A DNA stretch of 64,000 nt from Octopus sinensis (taxonomy: Eukaryota). Positions 50,985 through 63,432 of the stretch are shown in pieces. Position 1 is the first letter of the stretch. Each line of letters starts with the position of its first letter. Location of the stretch: positions 26,846,001 through 26,910,000 of the forward strand of contig NC_042999.1 of NCBI RefSeq assembly GCF_006345805.1, in the 5' to 3' direction. The position numbers and the translations under genes were made by a program. The notes beneath the pieces are model-generated. The model was not told the DNA's origin. It worked only from the letters and a program-made list of their open reading frames with translations, and did not search any database.

Positions 50985-52226
50985 CGGTTGGACAAAGTAA
51001 TTGAAACATTATAGCATCATAATTTCGAAATATCTATAAGACCCTCAAAAGCTTGTTAATTTTTATGTTTTTTTTATTTATTATTAGTGTTGCTGAATAT
51101 GTTTTGCGAAAGTGTTGCTTCTTTGCAGAAAAAGGTTATTAAAATTCATTAAAATGACAGTTTTATCGGACTTTCAAAGAGATCAAATTGTTAGTGCTCT
51201 TATGGAAGGGGCTAGTGTACCGAAAACAGCCGAAATATTTCGTTTATCAAAAAGTACTGTCTCCAAATTAATGACAGACTTTGAAAAAGACGGAAAACCT
51301 CTTCGTCGAAATAAATCTCCGGAAGAACACCGGAACATTCAGATAAGGACCCTAGGGCTGTTACACGAATTGTCAGAAAGATCACAAAAAAATCAGCTTC
51401 CAAAATTTCTGCGGAGCTTAATGACCACCTCGAGAACACGGTGTCTACACAAACTGTTCACCGGGGGCTTCACAAAGTCGGATTTCACTTGAGGGCTGCA
51501 ATCAGAAAACCACTGCTTTCAAAAACAAACGTTGCAAAGCGTCTACAGTGGAGTAAAAACCTACAGAATGGATCCCTAGAGCAGTGGAAGTATGTTTTTT
51601 TCTCGGACGAGTCATCCTTTACCTTATTTCCGACCGCATGCCGAGTATTTCTATGGAGACAGCCAAAATATGCATTTGATCCAGACGGCCTTCTTCCAAC
51701 TATTAAGCATGGAGGAGGATCTGTGATGATCTTGGAGGCTACATGTTGGAAATCCGCCGGTCCAATGGTTTCCTTTCATGGCAGAATTACAAGTCAAGAC
51801 TATTTAAGTATTTTATCTGATCAAGTTCATCCTATGGTTGCGGAACTGTTTGCGGAGGGAAACGCAATCTTTCAGGATGATAGTGCACCAATTCACACAG
51901 CTAAATTTGTTACTGAATGGCACGAGGTCCGTTCTAGTGAAGTTGAACTTATTATCTGGCCACCACAGTCCCCAGATCTCAATATTATAGAACATTTATG
52001 GTGCATTTTTGAAAAACAAGTAACGAGTCAATATCCTCTACCATCATCACTATAAGAACTGGAGACTATTTTAGCTGAAGAATGGAAAAGATTTGCTTTG
52101 GAAACAATTCAAAGTTTGTACGAGTCCATACTTCGTAGAGTTCAAGTTGTAATTACTGCCAAGGGCTGTCTGAAATAGATTATTTTTGAAATTTTAGAGT
52201 GTTTCCATTCTTTTGTGCAACTCCTG
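50982..52226 (+). mobile_element. Full-length Tc1-type transposon (1245 bp) with DD36E spacing
   Basis: TA|CAGCGGTTGGACAAAGTAATTGAAACA ... TGTTTCCATTCTTTTGTGCAACTCCTG imperfect TIRs; inserted in a microsatellite. Confidence 0.93.
51154..52180 (+). pseudogene. Tc1 DD36E transposase pseudogene
   Basis: MTVLSDFQRDQIV..FFSDESSF..TIKHGGGSVM..FQDDSAPIH..WPPQSPDLNIIE; frameshifts near 51300 and stop at 52053; 108 nt between D (51879-81) and E (51990-92). Confidence 0.92.
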
Positions 52227-53141
52227 TGCACACACACACACACATACACACACACACACACACTCACACACACATATATATATAGAAAGAGAGTGAGAGA
52301 GAGAAAGTGAGAGAGAGAGCGTCGGGGTCTGATGAAGCTACTTATTTCCACTTATTGACCAAATCGTAAGTATAGTAGGACCCAATATGTCAAGCTGTTG
52401 CATTACGAAGCGAAATCTTTCAACTTATATCTAGTTTAGGCATATTAATTTAATATCAACTACTTTATATTTAACATAAATGCATGTTAAATATATCAGA
52501 TCAGTTGATTATGTCCTATTCCACATAAAACGAGACTTCTAAATATGGTTATAAAGATCGAAATCCAGACACCAATAGCTCATGTTTCAAACACGAACAC
52601 AGAAAATATTAATTCTAATATATTGCATGTTGGAAATTCTTTAGTTTTCACAATAATTATATTCAGCAGAAGTGCTTAGGGGACACTGTCTAGAAATAAA
52701 ATTTACGTAAAAGAAACATTATAAATGTATAGATAACAGTAACGTCGCAATAAATCTATTTACATATATAAAGAGATAAAATATTTGAGAATCTAAAACT
52801 TGACCTCTAATATAATTTATTCTAACATGATATAATATTATTCAATTTACGTATTACTATTTGGTGCATAATAATATGCTGGGGATTCTTAAAAGTATAC
52901 GATTTAAAATATAGTGGAGAGGTTTGGGTGATTATATCTCATCGAGTTGTATATGACACTTTATTTTATCGATCAGAAGAAAAAAGGCAACATTTTCCTT
53001 GAGATGTTGTAAGGAACCTTTATCGACGCCCCAGCGATTCTTTCAGTCCTTCCCTCTTGAGACTCTAATATTAATAACAACTTGCAAAGTGAGAAAATAA
53101 TCCTCTATTTTCATTAATAATATCTTATAATAAAAAAATAA

Positions 53142-53378
53142 ATGCGCCCTTTTAAAGCTCAGCCAGACCCATGGGCCCGGTTTCCCGGTTTCAATGGCGT
53201 ATGTGTTCCCCAGCTCGACGGGACGCAGCGTTACTCATTTTTGCCAGCTGAGTGGACAGGAGCAACGTGGAATGAAGTGTTTTGCTCAAGAACACAACGC
53301 GTCGCCCGGTCCAGGAATAGAAACCACAATCTTACAATCATGATGCTGACACACTAACCACTAAACCACGCGCCTCCA
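53142..53378 (-). mobile_element. tRNA-headed SINE, family E (conserved-body type)
   Basis: TGGAGGCGCGTGGTTTAGTGG..GGTTTCTATTCC head; body ttgtgttcttgagcaaaacacttcattccacgttgctcc..ccactcagctgg. Confidence 0.85.
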
Positions 53379-53549
53379 CAATAATATACGTTTATATAAA
53401 TTAGAATAAATGTAATTTGTAGTTTAAGTTTTAATAACATACTTTTATACATTTACTAGTACTAAACATATGTAGCTTGACCCAGTCTTCAGTTCTTGTC
53501 AAAGTATCCAACTATATTATATGAATGTATGTATACATAATTTATGTGG

Positions 53550-53900
53550 GATCTAACCAGTTTCACTCACAAAATCTGCATTTTTAAAATAAAGCAAACA
53601 TTTTGAAAATTGATCTTTTGTGTGTTATGTAGTATTCGAGTTGGATACCAAAGTATACATTTCACAGGGTAGAACCTTAAAGTTGATGCCGCGACAGCGC
53701 GGAAAATGTCTGTCTCATTATTGACTAAAAATAGGCATTTGTTTCTCAATTTTTAAACGTCTCCAACTATTTCGTCAAACCTTTTCTCCAGACGTTGAAA
53801 GCTTCACAGGAATACGCGTGGAAGACTGCATTAATATGACCAATTTTTAGATTTCTTCCTTTTAAAAAGTGCAGATTTTGTGAATGAAACAAACTAGATC
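53550..53900. mobile_element. MITE with ~30-40-bp TIRs; related truncated copy at ~54044-54290
   Basis: gtttcactcacaaaatctgcattttt(t)aaaa / ttttaaaaagtgcagattttgtgaatgaaac; internal cacagggtagaa..ttattg(a/g)ctaaaaatag recurs downstream. Confidence 0.8.
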
Positions 53901-54739
53901 TTCGCTGCTCGTGCGGATGCACTTATAAAAATTTACCCTAACATATACAGACAAATACTTTAATATTACAAAAAAATTAAATAAACATAAAACCTGACAT
54001 TATAAAATGTTTACATCTTTATTTAGAAGCCTACAGTGAGCAGGTCACACAGGGTAGAAACTTACACGGGGTACAACCTTAATGATGACACCGTTGGCTA
54101 CAGCGAAAGTTTATTATTGGCTAAAAATAGACAGTTTTTCGATTTTTGAACGTCTGTAACTTTTTTGTCAATTTTTTTTACAATAAATACTTTGGTTCAA
54201 GTGAATATGAAATGGATGTTCATTTTGACAAACCTAAAAGTTTTTACTTCATTTTAAATGAGGACTAATTTTCTATACTAACTAGATCCAAGTACAATGA
54301 ATACCATCCTCCAAAAGTTGTTACTTATCAGAAGTACATATGTATTTCAACAAGTGCTACCAAATACACTCTCTTGAGCAGAGAAAATCCTCTTCATGGG
54401 TAACAATAACTTATATGTCAGATTGTTGCACAATTTCTGTCCGTTTTTGATAAGGGAAATCGGAAGGTTTGAAATGATTTCATCGGCATTTACTCGTACC
54501 AAAGAGCACTCTTTCGATAGACAGCACGCTGATTTCATAAGTGTCACATGGTGGAAATGAATGCAATTACCAAAGGTTCCTTCATAATACCATTTATTAT
54601 TTCGTTTTTGTCTGTTTATTGTTTGCATTTCAATTTTTACATTTGTACTCCTGATATTTGATAAAGGTATTTGATGATATATATATGGAAGTTTATGTAT
54701 AGAATTCTAACCTAGTACGAAATACATTTCTGCACATGC

Positions 54740-55050
54740 ACCCGGTGTGTTTGTATATAAGATTATCCTTGACTCCACTTCCAGATTCGATGACTGCTTC
54801 AATGCGTACCGTCTTCGTTTACATACCAACACTAAATACTTCTCATTCATTTCTGATATTTACCGGGTATTGGCGATTTCCAGTGAAGTTATTTTGTGTG
54901 AAGATGCGTATTAGTTTCTCGTTCAAAAACACTCCAAACATAGTATTCCGTGGTATTTCATACTGGTGAATCAAAAACTGAATGACTATCTAACATCCCT
55001 ACTTGGGTCACTAAGTCGATACCAAGACTTCGTATCCTACAGTCATTCGA
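54740..55050 (-). mobile_element. Decayed C-terminal fragment of a mariner/maT-like transposase
   Basis: EYYVWSVFERETNTHLHT and R.RIEAVIESGSG on the minus strand. Confidence 0.5.
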
Positions 55051-55620
55051 TACTTGAACAAAGGACACAGGAGCAAGGAAAGCTTCAGATTTGCGAAGGT
55101 TTCGCCTGCATTATACCTTCCTTCCATGACCAGTTGTAGACGCAGCAATTTTCATTGTTGCACACACATGCGATACGCACCAGCTGCAACAAACATTCTA
55201 TCGTACGTTTAAGGCTCCATAAAGCCCAGTCCTTGGTAAAACCTGCATAAATAATATAATCGCAGCAAATGTTGACGAGAAACGAGTGTCTCTCACGATA
55301 TGTTTCTAACTACCAAATTGGTACCATTTATAAACATGGATGGAGATTTTAAACATGGCAGCTGCAAGGGTGCGTAAACTTCTTCTGTGACGAGTTACAC
55401 GCACGTAAATGCACATATAAGTGCATAGCATATGCATATTTGTGTGTGTGTTTCTGTATACATATATATATATATATAAACTTTATTCAGTAGAAGTGGA
55501 CATGCTAGTGTTACTCATTTTTAACATACCACGGTACAACTATCACTCTCACGTTGCAATCTTTGTACATATATGCATATCCCTCTCTGTCTATTTATTT
55601 ATCTATCTATTAATACACAC

Positions 55621-55698
<78 letters not shown>

Positions 55699-55699
<1 letters not shown>

Positions 55700-56000
55700 G
55701 AGGCGCAATGGCCCAGTGGTTAGGGCAGCGGACTCGCGGTCGTTGGATCGCGGTTTCGATTCCCAGACCAGGCGTTGTGAGTGTTTATTGAGCGAAAACA
55801 CCTAAAGCTCCATGAGGCTCCGGCAGGGGATGGTGGCGATCCCTGCTGTACTCTTCCGCTACAACTTTCTCTCACTCTTTCTTCTGTTGGCCTGCTTGCT
55901 TAGCCAGCGGGGTGGCGTCATTTGAAGGCTAAAACAATGCGAAACGCATTGTGACCAGCGATGTGTAGCAACATCTGATAGCCTGGTCGGTCACGGTGAT
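55699..56000 (+). mobile_element. tRNA(Arg)-like-headed SINE, family C, tail variant 1
   Basis: Head and body match 49680-49859; tail matches 23155-23266; anticodon-like ggac-TCG-cggtc. Confidence 0.92.
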
Positions 56001-56005
56001 CACTA

Positions 56006-56038
<33 letters not shown>

Positions 56039-56043
<5 letters not shown>

Positions 56044-56233
56044 GTCGCCATGATAGATCGTTAGCCACAACACACATTTTTTTCTCTCTTTGTTTTTTTT
56101 GTGTCCTTTTCTGTAGAAGAGCGTAGGCTCGAAACGTAAAAGACTTTTTCTATTGCTGAGCGTTATACTAATACATCTGTTTATTTTGTACACCACCTGT
56201 CTTCGTCTTTTGTTTTATTCGTAAACTCTCCCT
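56039..56233 (+). mobile_element. ~190-bp hammerhead-bearing element embedded in (AT)n
   Basis: Sister of 47471-47664. Confidence 0.8.
56103..56144 (+). ncRNA. Minimal type-I hammerhead ribozyme-like motif, variant core; predicted cut after GTA at 56138
   Basis: gtcctttt CTGTAGA A GAGC-GTAG-GCTC GAAA CG TA aaagac; stem I tttt/aaag plus gt/ac, 4-bp stem II, palindromic ACGT in place of stem III. Confidence 0.65.
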
Positions 56234-56629
56234 ATATATATACATATATATATATATATACATATATATATGTTTGTCAGTATATGTGTGGTGCATGGCC
56301 AGGTGGTTATGGTGCTGCATTTACAATCGAAAGATTATGGATCCTGTCCTTGAACACTTTGTGTCATTTTGTTCAGAGGGAAAGCACTTTACTTTACGTG
56401 ACTTTGCGATCACTTCGGCATTCGAGGAGTGATACACTGTGTACATGCTCTACATGCTAATATATCACATATATTTAGTCACTATAAACAAAAGTTGGTG
56501 CAGCCTTTTGAGCAAGAAGTTGCAGAAGCCTCTTTTTCGGACTACAAGAAACAAAAATGTGTGTGTGTTTTAAGCATGTTGTTCTCATCTCACAAGCTTC
56601 GTTGTCTGTAAAATTTTTCATTAGTATGA

Positions 56630-57005
56630 GCGTGCATGTGTAACTCTGATAAGATTGCTACCCGACAACATGGGTTCGGGTTCAGCTCTACTATGTGGGA
56701 GTTTGGGTTAGTGTCTCCTACTATAGACTGGGGCCGACCAAAGGCTTCTGATTCGATCTCGTAGATGGGAAATGAAAGCTAAAAGATCATGTATACACGT
56801 AGATATCTGTCTGTGCGCTCTGCGCAAGTGTCTTCCCCCTACCTATTGATGACGCGTGTTGCTTTGTTTACGTCACCGTGACTTAATGGTTCTCAAACTG
56901 GCCGATAATAGCAATCTCATGGAGTTGATCCGTGCGGCTAAATTTCTCCATGGCTGTGCCGCAGCCTGGCCGTGATTAAATGACTGAACAAGTAAAAGAC
57001 AAGCG
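56630..57005 (+). mobile_element. SINE family A, old copy
   Basis: gggttcag..ctactatag..ggccgaccaaag..gtttacgtcaccgtgactta..aaatgactgaacaagtaaaaga. Confidence 0.7.
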
Positions 57006-57488
57006 ATAAAATATATATATACATATTATCCATTAATTTTGAAAACTCGTTTTACTACATCGTCTATCCTTAGTTCACATTCTTTATTATCATGAATTAC
57101 TTCAGGAAGATATAGATCTAGAAACTAGCTAATTAAATTAATAGCTTTGAAATATTTCTTTATTGTGATACAGTGCTTACTTTCTGCTTTGAAATTTTCT
57201 CTGAGCGGACACTGTCTTTAGTTCTCGAAATGTTATAAATTAAGTATAGGACAAGGCAGAAATAAAACCACTGCGTTACTTGTCCTCACTAATTTCTTAA
57301 AAGGCTATAAATATTTACTGAAATCAAACTGTACTGCCATGAGATATGAAGGCTTGTTAAATGAATATATATTAACGAAAAGATGTTGTGACAACGTCAG
57401 TAATATGAATGATCATAGACGTACGTGGTCTGTGATCTACCTGTGGTGAATGCAGATTATACACAACGGTTATATATTGTTATATATA

Positions 57489-57719
57489 GGCGGCGAGCTG
57501 GCAGAAACGTTAGCACGCCGGGCGAAATGCGTAGCCGTATTTCGTCTGTCGTTACGTTGTGAGTTCAAATTCCGCCGAGGTCGACTTTGCCTTTCATCCT
57601 TTCGGGGTCGATAAATTAAGTACCAGTTACGCACTGGGGTCGATGTAATCGACTTAATACCTATGTCTGTCCTTGTTTGTCCCCTCTGTGTTTAGCCCCT
57701 TGTGGGTAATAAAGAAATA
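57489..57719 (+). mobile_element. SINE family B, full length
   Basis: GGCGGCGAGCTGGCAGAA..GAGTTCAAATTCC B-box; ~20-bp TSD ggttatatattgttatatat. Confidence 0.93.
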
Positions 57720-58158
57720 GGTTATATATTGTTATATATTGTTATATATTTCATTCACCTAGTACGATAAGTCTACGTATTTCACTTATCTACGCCTTTT
57801 ACACGTTATCCACAATTATATCTACTAGCAAATCTACCCATCTATCACGGATGCATAAAATGAGGGAGGGACGTCATAACAGCAGTATGTATTGAGATAT
57901 GTGTATATGGACTTGATAGATTACTGGGTGTTGTCTCAGAGAAATTACATTATTGTCGGTGATACAGCGTTCTATTGCAGCTATATGACACGTGTTTGCG
58001 ACTAAGTGACGTGTTATGACGATTCACTCCCGAACTGAAATAGACTCCCCGCATCTGTATTATGAATAGTTATGTGGACCACTCTAAGACATCTGTGGGT
58101 ATACAACATACACATATGCATGCATATGCAAACACACACATATGCATACATATATATA

Positions 58159-58390
58159 TTTTTTCTTTACTACCCACAAGGGGTTAAACACAGAGGAGAC
58201 AAACAACGACAGACAAAGGGATTAAGTCAATTACATAGACCCCAGTGCGTAACTGGTATTCAATTTATCGACCCCGGAAGGATGAAAGGCAAAGTCGACC
58301 TCGGCGGAATTTGAACTCGGAACGTAACGGCAGACGAAATACGGTAACGCATTTCGCCCGGCGTTCTAACGGTTCTGCCAGCTCGCCGCC
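58159..58390 (-). mobile_element. SINE family B, full length
   Basis: ~90% identical reverse complement of 57489-57719; catatgcaaacacacacatat on both flanks. Confidence 0.93.
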
Positions 58391-58632
58391 TACATATGCA
58401 AACACACACATATATTTGTTTGTATATATGCGCGTATATCTGTGTGCGTATGAGTGTGTGTGTGTTTATTTGTGTTTGTGTTTGTGTCTGTGTATGTATA
58501 TGCATAGCTGTATGTAATAGACTGTGGGAATAATTTGCATATACGCAGAAGTTTCATACCCACGTCGCCTAATTGATTATGAGATCTATCCTTGTCTCCC
58601 ATTCTATCAAAAATGAGTTACCATATAAAGAT

Positions 58633-59055
58633 CTCTCTTTTACTCTCTCTCTCTCTTTTACTTGTTTCAGTTATTTGACTGAGGCCATGCTAGAACACCG
58701 CCTTTTGTCGAGCAACTCGACCCCGGGACTTATTCTTCGTAAGCCCAGTACTTATTCTATCGGTCTCTTTTGCCGAACCGCTAAGTGACGGGGACATAAA
58801 CACACCAGCATCGGTTGTCAAGCAATGCTAGGGGGACACATACAGACACACAAACATACACGCACACACACATATATATATATACATATATACGACGGGC
58901 TTCTTTCAGTTTCCGTCTACCAAATTCACTCACAAGGCTTTGGTCGGCCCGAGGCTATAGTAGAAGACACTTGCCCAAGATGCCATGCAGTGGGACTGAA
59001 CCCGGAACCATGTGGTTGGTTAGCAAGCTACTTACCACACAGCCACTCCTGCGCC
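58633..59055 (-). mobile_element. SINE family A, full length
   Basis: Aligns to 9407-9855. Confidence 0.92.
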
Positions 59056-59059
59056 TATA

Positions 59060-59981
59060 CAATTTTAAAAGACCAAATTCATTTACACACCCTCACTATT
59101 CAGAACGATACTTTATCTTACTGACTGCTTACGGTTCTTTGGCGAAGAAATAAAAAATGTCTCATCAAACAAACCTTCGGTCAATTAAGCCGTGTGACAA
59201 GGAACCACTGGAGAAAATTCGAAGGAATCTTTTCTGCAATATGAACACATATTTATCTGAGTATATGTTCCCATCACACTCCACTAGCTCTAGTCATCCA
59301 GACCATCACAGAGTAGCTGCCGCGTTTGATCGTTGGCTGCAATCTGTTCACATCAAATTCTTGACGGCGGTGTCTCCAGACTCTGACTGGACAACTGTCA
59401 GGAAATATAACAAATCTGAACTCATCAGAGAATATGACAGTGTCCCAAAATGCTACTGGTCTCTCCAACATGTCATTGACCCAATCTTTTCTCTACTTAA
59501 TGTTGGGTGGTCGAAGAAGTAGCTTCCTCCTTGCTGCTCTGCGATAGTAACCAAATTTGTAGAGATACCTTACAGCTGTTCTGGGACTGACATCAACTTG
59601 TTCTGCTATGTTAGAGGCCATGCAATGAGGATTATCCCTCACACTTCTCTTAGCAAAGAGAAGGGTCCTGTCATAGGGGACTGGTTGATCTGGGCGCAGT
59701 GATATGGACTCCTTCCCCTCTCTGGTGAACTGCACAAACACTCTATTAAGGTTTTTTGTGATATTATGCTGACTATGTCCGCCTTCAAAATGACCCACAA
59801 TACGGCCTCTTTGAACGCCAGACAGTTCCAAAGCTTCTTTTGTACATGGCATGATTAAACAGTCGCATATAGAACCTGAAATATAAAAATGTCAGACAAT
59901 AAGTAATATAAAACTTTACAAGATAGAATAAGCATAAAAGGATGTTTTATGGCCTGTTTATTTGCTTCCGCCATGACTGTG
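59060..59981 (-). mobile_element. Tc1-family transposon relic lacking the second D and the E region
   Basis: ELSGVQRGRIVG..VSPRTAVRYL..RAARRKLLL..WDTVIFSDE..QPTIKRGSYSVMVW; CAGTCATGG end near 59979. Confidence 0.85.
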
Positions 59982-60176
59982 TACATTTTCAAATATATTC
60001 ATATGTGCATATATATATATATATATATGTTTAGAATAACACCTACGCAAATTTTATAAACAAAACATACAAAGCAGATGTTTCATGAATTGAACAGTTA
60101 CTACCACCATCCACCGCGGGTCATTTTCGGGGATGATCATCATTCAACATACTATTGTCATGGCAATCCCGCATTC

Positions 60177-60281
60177 TTCTTCTTTTTCTTCTTCTTCTTC
60201 TTCTTCTTCTTCTTCTTCTTCTTCTTCTTCTTCTTCTTCTTCTTCTTCTTCTTCTTCTCTTCTTCTTCTTTTTCTTCTTCT

Positions 60282-60328
<47 letters not shown>

Positions 60329-60380
60329 TTCTTCTTCTTCTTCTTCTTCTTCTTCTTCTTCTTCTTCTTCTTCTTCTTCC
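60177..60380. repeat. (TTC)n/(GAA)n homopurine-homopyrimidine tract, ~200 bp
   Basis: Direct reading. Confidence 0.97.
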
Positions 60381-60624
60381 TTACCAAGAATTCACAATGA
60401 CCTCAAACCCACAACAGTAAACAAGATAGACAGAGGCAGGCAGAAACAAGGAAAATGCCACTTGTATTTCAATACTATACAAATATTCTTTTAAAAATAT
60501 ACTTTTCTTTTACTTTTTCCAAATTTAGTTGTTTTCCATACTTACAGTTCAAAAAGTCGCAATGACTGGAACCGGTACTAAAATGGTTTTTATAAGATTA
60601 TTTTAGCATTTTCTATCTTGACCG

Positions 60625-60631
60625 TTTTTCC

Positions 60632-60709
<78 letters not shown>

Positions 60710-60743
60710 ATATATATATATAATATATATATATACATATATC

Positions 60744-60781
<38 letters not shown>

Positions 60782-60798
60782 TATCTATCTATCTATAT

Positions 60799-60839
<41 letters not shown>

Positions 60840-60885
60840 TATATATATATATATAAAATGTATATCGCCACACACACACACACAC

Positions 60886-60928
<43 letters not shown>

Positions 60929-60935
60929 CATGTGT
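60625..60935. repeat. (AT)n-(TATC)n-(CA)n compound microsatellite
   Basis: Direct reading. Confidence 0.95.
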
Positions 60936-61119
60936 GTATGTATGTGTGTTTCTCCTCTCTCTTCTATTCAATCATTCAGAATTCATAACCCATAGCTGTC
61001 TTCATGACATCAGTTTTTCTCACTCTATGTACCCACGTGGCCCTTTTTTTCATACTAACTAACAATCTATTCCTTCAACATGAACGCAACATTCAAAATA
61101 CTGCCTGGATTTACCTGAG

Positions 61120-61560
61120 ATTATACCTAGGGGCATATACCTTCACGGAAGGACGGACCGATCTCCATAACCTCTGAAGAATGATAAGCTGTGAATTTAT
61201 TCTCTTATCGGAATCCTTCCACCTACTGTGTTTACTCATTATTGTTCTAACTACAATTTTATTCCTTATAAAATGTCTATAACTTTCCCTGTCTATAACG
61301 TTCATACATACCTTGTGTTTGATGAAGGAATACTCAGTGTACAGGTATGCTAGCCTTTTACTTGGGATGTCCTACAAACAGCTGTAAGACTTCAAATTCA
61401 CCTTACTCTAAGTAAATATTGTAAATGACTTGAGACCCTCTTCTGCCTTAATTTTTGTTGTCCTTTTTATTCTAATACTATATCTACCTGCTAACTGAGA
61501 TCCCTAATACAGATCCTTATGTCCAGCTCCTGCTGTGAGCATGGAACATAACGGATGACA
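61120..61560 (-). mobile_element. Very old APE-type LINE RT remnant (R1/Jockey/CR1-like)
   Basis: GSVLG (ggatctgtattaggg), ADDIVL-like (gcaggtagatatagtatta) and YLG..F.KH-like pieces in RT order. Confidence 0.4.
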
Positions 61561-62779
61561 TGACAATTATAGCACTTACTCAGTGTACCTATTCGTTTAG
61601 ATCACCAGTGAAATAAATCCCTCATATTCTTTACTTGCACACACATACACACACACATATAAATATAAGAATCTTGACTTTTCCTGCATCTATGAGGAGT
61701 GAGAAGACGAAAAACAGCAGCAATAAGGTTTTCAGGTACACTAGATTAGCTAGTAAGGAGAGTGAATGATTTATTCAAAATGGTGACATTACACAAATTA
61801 TTGCACATGACTTGGTCTTGCTAAAGTCACACAGTTGTCAAATGCTGATATTACACTGGGCACTGAATTTTGTCCACCATTAATGAACAGGAACTTCAGT
61901 CTATAGCTTCATACTTAATGATTGCCTATAAACTCGCATTTACGAGGGAGTTGCTCGATCCTACTTACAGTAAAAGGTACCAAATATTCCGAATGGTCTG
62001 ATAGACCCTAAGACTACTTCGTCAGAACCACATATTAATGTACTTTGTTGCTTTGGCCTTAAGTAATCATAACAACGTAACGATAATTCTAATGTCAATA
62101 CAAGAGAAATCAAAAAGCAAAATTATGATTAGTAAAAGGCAAGCTACTAATATTTGTGAATTTTGCATTCACATAAATATGTAATTGGTTCATAATGTGC
62201 AACCAGACCCAGCAAGTAAATATTTGATATATTGATTTAACAGAGTACGTAAATATCTCTAGTCCATATATTCTTTAACATGCCTAACCTAACATTTAGC
62301 TGATAAAACTATAGTCCATTGAGAATATTACTAACAAGGTTTATATACTGATAAATATTTGGAACTAAAAATAAATTTTAAATCCTGCGTGGTACTGGCT
62401 TCTCATTTAGAATTTTACAGAGATCCCTGATAAACGATAACACATAGAGAGATATAGTTATCAAATAGCTGCCACCAAAATAGTTTGGAGAGTAGACATT
62501 GTAGATCGAATGCACTTATAGTGATGCAGAAATAGCCGTCTGCTTCGAACATTCTCATTGCAATCACGCAATTGGGGTTCAGTCCCAATATAATGCAACT
62601 TATCACTATGCAGAGATCTATTTTACTCAACCGATCAGATCTGATGTACACAAACACATATACAAGCGCATACACAGAAGCATTCTGACACACACACAAG
62701 CATATATTATATATATATATATATATATAAACAATAATAAATCTCTGAACGATATATATATATACATATATGTATACAT

Positions 62780-63432
<653 letters not shown>

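Noticed and set aside
55699-55770. tRNA-Arg gene (also at 49790-49859 and other heads)
   Set aside because: No acceptor stem or terminator; runs straight into a SINE body, so it is a SINE head.
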